This document shows positions 58,201 through 64,000 of a DNA stretch of 64,000 nt, one piece after another. Under the pieces are notes generated by a model. The model ran no database searches. It was not told the origin of the DNA and saw only the letters and a list, made by a program, of their open reading frames with translations. The DNA is from Gaiellales bacterium. Lineage in GTDB: Bacteria > Actinomycetota > Thermoleophilia > Gaiellales > JAICJC01. The stretch is from the NCBI GenBank assembly GCA_038230835.1, contig JBBRMM010000003.1, positions 79,904 through 143,903 on the forward strand, given 5' to 3'. The translations under genes were made by a program, and so were the position numbers. The stretch's first letter is position 1; the number at the start of each line of letters is the position of its first letter.

Positions 58201-60024
58201 GTCGCCGCCCTGCAGGCGGGTCGGTACCTCCTCGACCACGGTCAGGCCAAGCTGCTCGAACAGCGGCAGCAGGTCGGTCAGGGGCGCCTTGCCCCCGGTC
58301 TTGTAGAGCTTCAGCCGGGTCAGCGGCTCCGCGGTGTGCCGCTCGTTCTGCAGCGCGACCACGTATGACAGGTCGCCGCTGAGCTCCTCGAACCGCAGCA
58401 CGTCGAACACCGCCTGGTAGATGGCCGCGGCCGATTTGTAGTACTCCGGGAACAGCGCGGCGTACCGGCGGGCCAACTCGTGCCCACGCACCTCGCCGAG
58501 AGCGGCGACCAGCCCGTCAGACAGGCGGTCGTCCCAGGTGCGCGCCGCATCCAGCACCTCCTGCTCGAGCGCCGCCAGATCGACCTGCGGCAGCTCGCCC
58601 TCGGGCACGTGAATCGTGAAGTGGAGGCGGGCGGGCTCCGTGCGCGCAGACAGGTGGTAGTCGACGGATGTCCCGTGGAACCTGATCTCGAACAGGTGCT
58701 CGAGCTTGACGCGCAGCTCGGCGGAGACGTGGTCGGGCGGCGGCGCTACGATCGCCGAGACGCTGCGCCCGGCGTCCGCCGGGAGCACGAACAGCCGCAC
58801 CCCCCCGCCCTCCTGCATGGCCAGCAGAGCCATGATGACCGGGCGCAGCTCCTGGGCCGACGCTGCGAACAGCTCATCCTTGGGGAAGCTGTCGAAGAGC
58901 GCGACCACCGCTTTGAAGTCGTGCGAGCCGACGAACAGATCCTCCCAGCGCATGATCGCATCGAGCTTGCCGCGCACGATCGGAACCAGCCTCGCCGACT
59001 CGTTGTGTGCCTTGCCGGTGAACAGGCCGATCATCCGCAACTCGCCGCCGACCGTGCCGTCCGCCGCCACTCGTTTGACGCCGACGTAGTCCATCTTGCC
59101 CGGACGGTGGATGGTCGTCTCGCGATTGGTCTTCGAGACAACGACCAGCGGACCGCCCTCGATCCGCTCGCGCAGCCCGGGAGGCATGTTGGCCACCGGG
59201 ACGGCGTCGGCGTACGTGGAGAGCGACGTGTCGGCCAGGATTCCAAGGCCGGAGTCGGCCACCACCCGCGCCACCCGGTCGCCCGCCGCCCCGCCGACTT
59301 CGTACTCGCGGTAGCCCAGGTAGACGAAGTTGTCGTCGGTCAGCCACTGTAGGAACTCGACCGACTCGTGGATCTCCTCGTCGCTGTAGCGGGGGCCCGC
59401 CTCGGATGCAACCTCGATCATCCGCTCCACCCGGTCGACCATGGGCAGGAAGTCGCGCACGGCCAGGCGCAGCTCGGTGAGCACGCGCAGCACATCGAGC
59501 TCGAGCGTCGAGAGCGCGTCAGCAGCAAGCGTCCGATCGACCTCGAAGTGCATCACCGACTCGCGGTGTGGTGCGCCTCGCGCCGGGGTGATGCACGTGA
59601 CCTGGCCCTCCGCATCGCGCTCGACCCCGAGTACCGGGTGCACCACGGTCCGCACCAGCAGGCCGTGGGCGTGCAGCTCGGCGGTGACCGTGTCGACCAG
59701 AAACGGTGCGTCGTCCGAACTCACGTCGATGACCGCGCCCGCGGCGTGGTAGCCGTGGGTCTCCACCTCGGGCTGGAACGCCCGCACGAGCAGCTCACCG
59801 CCCGGCCGGGACGCAAGGAACTCGTACACGCCTCGGATCTGAGCGGCCAGCTCAGGCGGCTCCAGAGTTGCCAGCAGCCCGGCCGGCGCCCGCCGCACGT
59901 ACGCCCGCACGAACTCGGCCAGCGGCCCGGTGCGCGGCGCATCGAGCTCCGCCAGCAGGCGATCGGCCAGGACCGCACCGCTGTCGTCGGATTCGGCCCT
60001 GATCTCGGCCTCGGCGCTGCTCAC
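55216..60024 (-). CDS. gdh: Large NAD-specific glutamate dehydrogenase (about 180 kDa class)
   Basis: 1602 aa, with length and motifs typical of actinobacterial NAD-GDH ([25 protein letters not shown]). Confidence 0.9.
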   Translation of the reverse strand: MSSAEAEIRAESDDSGAVLADRLLAELDAPRTGPLAEFVRAYVRRAPAGLLATLEPPELAAQIRGVYEFLASRPGGELLVRAFQPEVETHGYHAAGAVIDVSSDDAPFLVDTVTAELHAHGLLVRTVVHPVLGVERDAEGQVTCITPARGAPHRESVMHFEVDRTLAADALSTLELDVLRVLTELRLAVRDFLPMVDRVERMIEVASEAGPRYSDEEIHESVEFLQWLTDDNFVYLGYREYEVGGAAGDRVARVVADSGLGILADTSLSTYADAVPVANMPPGLRERIEGGPLVVVSKTNRETTIHRPGKMDYVGVKRVAADGTVGGELRMIGLFTGKAHNESARLVPIVRGKLDAIMRWEDLFVGSHDFKAVVALFDSFPKDELFAASAQELRPVIMALLAMQEGGGVRLFVLPADAGRSVSAIVAPPPDHVSAELRVKLEHLFEIRFHGTSVDYHLSARTEPARLHFTIHVPEGELPQVDLAALEQEVLDAARTWDDRLSDGLVAALGEVRGHELARRYAALFPEYYKSAAAIYQAVFDVLRFEELSGDLSYVVALQNERHTAEPLTRLKLYKTGGKAPLTDLLPLFEQLGLTVVEEVPTRLQGGDEGRYLHDFGVLGPDNRPLELDELQPLVADTVSAVWDGRAGSDWLNRLVVVAGLTWRQVTILRAYREYRQLLGAQFTSRYQNDCLVRNSEVARLLVELFECRFDPTRELDEARSQELEQQILAALERVSSLDDDRILRGYLGLIVATVRTNAYVRSGESEHISFKLRCAEVPGMPKPVPLWEIFVFSPSMAGVHLRGGAVARGGIRWSDRLEDYRTEILGLMKAQMVKNAVIVPVGAKGGFILKHPPPERPALLEEERRQYVTLIRGMLDITDNIVAGMVVRPPDVRVLDAEDDAYLVVAADKGTAHLSDTANAVSAEYGFWLGDAFASGGSAGYDHKALGITAKGAWESVKRHFREVGRDVTVEPFTAVGVGDMSGDVFGNGMMLAPRLRLVAAFDHRHVFIDPEPDAASAFAERVRLFNLPTSSWDDYDRSLLSEGGGVWPRSAKSVPLSPQARAALGVEAEALTPTELIQAILRAGVDLLWNGGIGTYVKASTETHADVGDRANDAVRVDGRELRALVVGEGGNLGFTQLGRIEYAHAGGRINTDAIDNAGGVDCSDHEVNLKILLALAVEAGELAREGRDVLLQEAAVDVVAHVLYDNYLQAQILSQESAVAARRMEAYEDLMSELEQHGMLERDLEFLPSTDRMAEREAAGLGLVRPELCVLLAYAKRLLRAQVLRSELPDDPHLQSCMRDYFPASVVDRFGGLLAAHPLRRELIATIVTNEVINSMGTTFVQRMVAETGAAADEVVRAFLVAREVSGARGRWEDVERLDGIVDPEVQSGLMDGIDAMNEQLSRWYLHNTPGLDLSFEIERAAAGFAELVASLQDSATTAWRIAYDGRLEALLEADVPERPARFGAAVPDLVFAPDILAVARDAKRSVPDVAHGFFLVGERLFLDVIEDRVVDLPAATRWQRLAWATMLDDLRLLRRQIVARVLDRAGGEAIDTAVESYLATRVDPYERLSKLMENVGATTADDGSLIMVMVHQIRQVVA

Positions 60025-60035
60025 GAGAGCAGATG

Positions 60036-60926
60036 CTAACCGAAGCGCCCGGTCACGTACGCCTCCGTGCGGGCGTCGGACGGGCGAACGAACAGTTCAG
60101 AGGTTGCGGCGTACTCCACCAGGAGGCCGCAGCGGTCGCCGGAATCGTCCACGTCGACACTGAAGAACGCGGTCATATCGGCGACCCGCGCCGCCTGCTG
60201 CATGTTGTGGGTGACGATCACGATCGTGTACTCGTCCTTGAGCGTCTGCACCAGATCCTCGATCCGCTGGGTGGCGATCGGGTCGAGTGCGGACGCCGGT
60301 TCGTCCATCAGGATCACGTCCGGCTGAACCGCGATCGCGCGGGCGATGCACAGCCGCTGCTGCTGGCCACCCGAGAGCGACAGCGCACTCGACTTGAGCC
60401 GGTCCTTGACCTCGTCCCACAGCGCGGCGTGGGTCAGCGCACGCTCGACCCGGTCATGCAGCCCGTCCTTCATGCCGTGGATCCGCAACCCGAACGCAAC
60501 GTTGTCGAAGATCGACTTCGGGAACGGGTTGGGCCGCTGGAACACCATCCCGATGCGCCGCCGCACCTCCACCGCGTCGACCCCGGACGCGTTCAGATCG
60601 TGGCCGTGGTAGCGGACGGTGCCGGTGACGCTGGCGCCGCTGATCAGGTCGTTCATCCGATTCAGCGTCCGCAACAGCGTCGTCTTGCCACAGCCGGACG
60701 GCCCGATGAACGCCGTCACCAGGTGCCGGTGCACGGTGAGCGAGACGTCGCGGATGGCCATGTCGCCGCTGTAGGAGACGCTGACGCCGTCCAGTTCGAA
60801 CACCGCCTCGCGGCCCGACTGAGGCGCGTCCCCGTGGCTGGAGGCAAGCTCCGCCAGTTTGGACTGGGTGCGGGCGCGAGGCGCGGCGGGCGGCTTCGTC
60901 TGCTCGGGCTCGTTCACGTGCCGCAT
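60036..60926 (-). CDS. pstB: Phosphate ABC transporter ATP-binding protein
   Basis: [18 protein letters not shown] and ILMDEP. I chose the start at the Met at 60926, downstream of the pstA stop. Confidence 0.9.
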   Translation of the reverse strand: MRHVNEPEQTKPPAAPRARTQSKLAELASSHGDAPQSGREAVFELDGVSVSYSGDMAIRDVSLTVHRHLVTAFIGPSGCGKTTLLRTLNRMNDLISGASVTGTVRYHGHDLNASGVDAVEVRRRIGMVFQRPNPFPKSIFDNVAFGLRIHGMKDGLHDRVERALTHAALWDEVKDRLKSSALSLSGGQQQRLCIARAIAVQPDVILMDEPASALDPIATQRIEDLVQTLKDEYTIVIVTHNMQQAARVADMTAFFSVDVDDSGDRCGLLVEYAATSELFVRPSDARTEAYVTGRFG

Positions 60927-60954
60927 CTTGCCTGATCGCACTCCATGCGTGTCG

Positions 60955-61848
60955 TCATCGGGCCTTCTCGATCTGACGCCGCGTGCGCAGAGAGAGCAGC
61001 CGACCGGCGATCGCACCGACGAGCACGACCACCATCAGCACCAGCGCGGCGGCCCACGCCTGCTGCTGCGCGAACTGGCTGGGCTGCTCCGAGTCGAAGA
61101 AGATCACGAGCGGCAGCGAGCCCAGCGCCTGCCTGGGATCGAAGCTGACCGCGCTCGCGAAAAGGGCGGTGGTGAAGAGCAACGGCGCCGTCTCCCCGGC
61201 CGCCCGAGCGACGGCGATGATGGTGCCGGTGACGATGCCGCCGACCGCCGTCGGCAGGACGACCGTCAGCATGGTGCGCGAGCGGCTGGCGCCGAGCGCC
61301 ATGCTGCCCTCACGCAGGCTGGACGGCACGAGCGCCAGCACCTCTTCGGTCGACCGGGCGATCACCGGCACGATCACCATCGCCAGGCCGCACGAGCCGG
61401 CGAAGGCGTTCTGCCCCCGGCCGATGACCAGCAGCCCGAACATGAAGACACCGAGCACGATGGTGGGGACGCCGGCCAGCAGGTTCAGCAGCAGGCGGAC
61501 CGCATCGGCCACCCGCGGCGAGGCGAACTCCGCGTTGTAGATGGCCACCAGCACGCCGACGGGCACCGCGATCGCGGTCGCTACACCGGTGATCACGACG
61601 GTGCCGACGATCGAGTTCTCGATACCGCCGGTCGGCCGGCCGAAGGGGTCGACGCCCGGCAGCTTGGTGAACAGATCCAGGCTCAACGCGGGCGCGCCCC
61701 GGCGGGCGACCGAGTAGATCACCATTCCGAGCACGGCCACGGCCGCAAGCGCGGCGAGGGTCGCGAGCGATTCCATCGCGGCGCTGACCAGCCGGCGGCG
61801 GCGAGCGCGGCCTCCTGACATGCTCAGCGCCGAAGCCTGGATGGTCAC
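60955..61848 (-). CDS. pstA: Phosphate ABC transporter permease
   Basis: 297-aa membrane protein in the pstSCAB order. The EAA-like loop is [11 protein letters not shown]. Confidence 0.85.
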   Translation of the reverse strand: MTIQASALSMSGGRARRRRLVSAAMESLATLAALAAVAVLGMVIYSVARRGAPALSLDLFTKLPGVDPFGRPTGGIENSIVGTVVITGVATAIAVPVGVLVAIYNAEFASPRVADAVRLLLNLLAGVPTIVLGVFMFGLLVIGRGQNAFAGSCGLAMVIVPVIARSTEEVLALVPSSLREGSMALGASRSRTMLTVVLPTAVGGIVTGTIIAVARAAGETAPLLFTTALFASAVSFDPRQALGSLPLVIFFDSEQPSQFAQQQAWAAALVLMVVVLVGAIAGRLLSLRTRRQIEKAR

Positions 61849-62810
61849 GCGCGCGTCCCCATCCGCCGGCCGATCCGGCGCACGATCAGCTGCGCCCCCA
61901 GATTGGTGGCAAGGCTGATCACCAGCAGGATCACCGCCAGGAAGTAGAGCGACGAGCGCTGCAACGAGGTGGCGGTACCGGCGAACTGTGTGGCGATCCA
62001 GGCCGCCATCGCGCCGCCCTGCCCGAACAGCGAGCTCGGTGCACGGTTGGCGCTGCCGATCACCTGGGCGACTGCGATCGCCTCACCCACCGCACGGGCG
62101 AAGCCGAGCATGACCGCCGCCACCAGCCCGGCGCTGACCTGCGGGATGGCCACGCCGCGCACCATCTCCCAACGAGTGGCGCCGAGAGCAAGCGCGCCCT
62201 GCTTGAGCTCCCCAGGCACGCTCTCGAACAGGTCTCGGCTGATGCTGGCGACGATCGGCACGATCATGATAGTCAGCACCAGACAGGCGGACAGCAGCCC
62301 CGAGGCCGACGGGTAGCCCGAGAAGAGCGGGATGAAGCCGAGGTTGCGGTGAAGCCACGGCTCCACGTCGGTGGCGAGCAACGGCCCGAGCACGATGATG
62401 CCCCACAGGCCGAGGACGACGCTGGGGATGGCGGCGAGCAGCTCGACCATCAGCCCAATCGGCGCCCGCAGCCGACGGGGGGCGAGCTCGCTAAGGAACA
62501 GCCCGATGGCGATCGCCGTCGGCACCGCGATCGCGAGTGCGAACAGCGATGTCACAAGCGTGCCCTCGATCAGGTACCGGGCGCCGAACTGGTCCGTGAC
62601 GGCGTTCCAGACGGTGGACGTGAGGAATCCCGGGCCGAACTTCGACATGCTCGGCCAGGCGTTGCTGACGACCTCCTCGACCAGCAGGCCGATCGCCGCC
62701 ACCACGAGCAGCACCGCGCCACCGGACAGCACGCGCAGAGCCAGGTCACCGAAACGCGGACGCCCCCGGCGCGCGAGGGCGAGACTCTCGGTGTGAGCTT
62801 CGACGGTCAT
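61845..62810 (-). CDS. pstC: Phosphate ABC transporter permease
   Basis: 321-aa membrane protein with KQGALALGATRWE, coupled to pstA. Confidence 0.85.
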   Translation of the reverse strand: MTVEAHTESLALARRGRPRFGDLALRVLSGGAVLLVVAAIGLLVEEVVSNAWPSMSKFGPGFLTSTVWNAVTDQFGARYLIEGTLVTSLFALAIAVPTAIAIGLFLSELAPRRLRAPIGLMVELLAAIPSVVLGLWGIIVLGPLLATDVEPWLHRNLGFIPLFSGYPSASGLLSACLVLTIMIVPIVASISRDLFESVPGELKQGALALGATRWEMVRGVAIPQVSAGLVAAVMLGFARAVGEAIAVAQVIGSANRAPSSLFGQGGAMAAWIATQFAGTATSLQRSSLYFLAVILLVISLATNLGAQLIVRRIGRRMGTRA

Positions 62811-62877
62811 CGGCTCCGCAGTATGACGAGTCTCGCGGGGGACGCCCTGGCGGCGTCCCCCGCGTGGCTCCGGGTGT

Positions 62878-63948
62878 TCAGGATCCGATCTTGGCGATCT
62901 CCGCCGTATCGTGCGTGACCACCGCCGCGGGCAGCGGCGGGAAGCCGAGCGGAAGCCCGAACGCCTGACCGGTGGACGAGATCGCGTAGGTCAGAAACGC
63001 CTTCAGCGTGCTCGCCTTCGACGACGCCGTGGGGACGATGGCGTAGGTGTAGGTCGACATCGGATACGCCTTCGCCGCGGAGGCCGGAGGATTCACCAGC
63101 GAGATCGAGCCGTCCGGAGCGATCGTGGTCACCGCAGAGGCGGCGGCGGCAATCGCACCGGTGGTCGGCTGCGGGTACTGCCCGGCCGCGTTCTTCAACA
63201 CGGCCTCGTTGAGCGAGTCGGCGGCGATGTAGGAGATGCCGACGTAGCCGATCGAGCCGTCGGTGGCCTGCACCGCGGCCGCCACACCCGAGTTGTGCTC
63301 CTCGCCGGTGCCGGTCGGGAACGTGGGCTGGGTCGATGCGCCGACCTGGCTCTTCCAGGTCGGGCTGACGGCCGACAGATAGCTGCTGAAGACGTAGCTG
63401 TCTCCCGAGCCGTCGCTGCGGTAGATCGGCGTGATGTGGGTCGACGGCAGGCTGACCCCGGGGTTGAGGGCGGTGATCGCCGGGTCGTTCCATGCGGTCA
63501 CCTTGCCGAGGAAGATGTCGGCGACCACCGGGCCGGTCAGCTTGAGGTTGTTGGGCACGCCCTTGACGTTGTAGGTGGCGACGGTAGCCGCCAGCGCCCA
63601 CGGGATCTGCACGCAGCTCTTGCACGCGGTCGCCTGGTCGGGGCTGAGCGGAGCGTCACTGGCGCCGAAGTCGACCGACTTGGCCGTGATGGCATCGATG
63701 CCACCGCCGGAGCCGACCGCGCCGTAGGTGATGGTGACGGCAGCGGGACTCTTCAGATAGTCGGCCTCCCACTGCGCCAGCAGCGGCGCGACCAGCGTAC
63801 TGCCCGCACCGACCAGCACCTTGCTGTCGGAGCTGCTGCTGCCCGGCGCCGTCACGGTCGTGGTGCTGCCGCTCGAGCCGCACCCTGCGGCCACGGCGAG
63901 CGCCCCGGCGGCAACAGCCGCGGCGGCAGCGCGTTTCATCCTGGTCAT
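62878..63948 (-). CDS. pstS: Phosphate-binding lipoprotein
   Basis: The lipobox is LAVAAGCGSS. A GGAGGG Shine-Dalgarno sequence precedes the ATG at 63948. GAGSTLVAPL is typical of PstS. Confidence 0.85.
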   Translation of the reverse strand: MTRMKRAAAAAVAAGALAVAAGCGSSGSTTTVTAPGSSSSDSKVLVGAGSTLVAPLLAQWEADYLKSPAAVTITYGAVGSGGGIDAITAKSVDFGASDAPLSPDQATACKSCVQIPWALAATVATYNVKGVPNNLKLTGPVVADIFLGKVTAWNDPAITALNPGVSLPSTHITPIYRSDGSGDSYVFSSYLSAVSPTWKSQVGASTQPTFPTGTGEEHNSGVAAAVQATDGSIGYVGISYIAADSLNEAVLKNAAGQYPQPTTGAIAAAASAVTTIAPDGSISLVNPPASAAKAYPMSTYTYAIVPTASSKASTLKAFLTYAISSTGQAFGLPLGFPPLPAAVVTHDTAEIAKIGS

Positions 63949-64000
63949 GGAGCCCTCCATCGTCGTCAGTCGTCCACCTGGCAATCCTCAGGCGCCTTGA

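Noticed and set aside
1-64000. CRISPR arrays, rRNA genes and large tandem repeats
   Set aside because: Reading through the window I found no regularly spaced repeats and no rRNA-like conserved blocks. I saw only the short repeats reported above.

Overview
High-GC (Actinomycetota-like) chromosomal window in two parts.

**Mobile element, about 1-29916.** This is the right-hand portion of an integrative conjugative element (ICE) or genomic island.
- Conjugation genes: an NlpC/P60 hydrolase, a VirD4-like coupling protein, a MobF/TrwC relaxase-helicase with a hairpin-containing candidate oriT, a ParB-like protein, DUF932 and a small Xis-like HTH protein.
- Defence cargo: an IetAS-like AAA-ATPase plus S8-protease pair; a large single gene fusing a Cas4-like PD-(D/E)XK nuclease, an RNase-H-like exonuclease and an SF1 helicase; and a complete six-gene type 3 BREX operon (brxF-brxC-pglXI-brxHII-pglZ-brxA).
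- An IS1380-family element with a 4-bp target duplication sits in the divergent promoter region between the nuclease-helicase gene and BREX.
- The island ends at a 45-nt copy of the 3' half of tRNA-Asp(GTC), read here as attR. The intact tRNA and the integrase would lie left of the window.

**Core chromosome, 29917-64000.** Ordinary-looking genes: DUF1326/DUF2182, an MFS pump, sigma factors, a frameshifted ATP-dependent DNA ligase, a split transketolase, nitrilase, ferritin, desaturase, an orphan DNA methyltransferase, rpiA, the large NAD-glutamate dehydrogenase and pstSCAB.

**Novelty.** IetAS and BREX are described families. The least characterised candidates are the three-domain nuclease-exonuclease-helicase gene and the ParB-like/DUF932 module next to the putative oriT. 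I see no CRISPR array, no rRNA and no intact tRNA. All homology calls come from motif recognition by eye; no searches were run.
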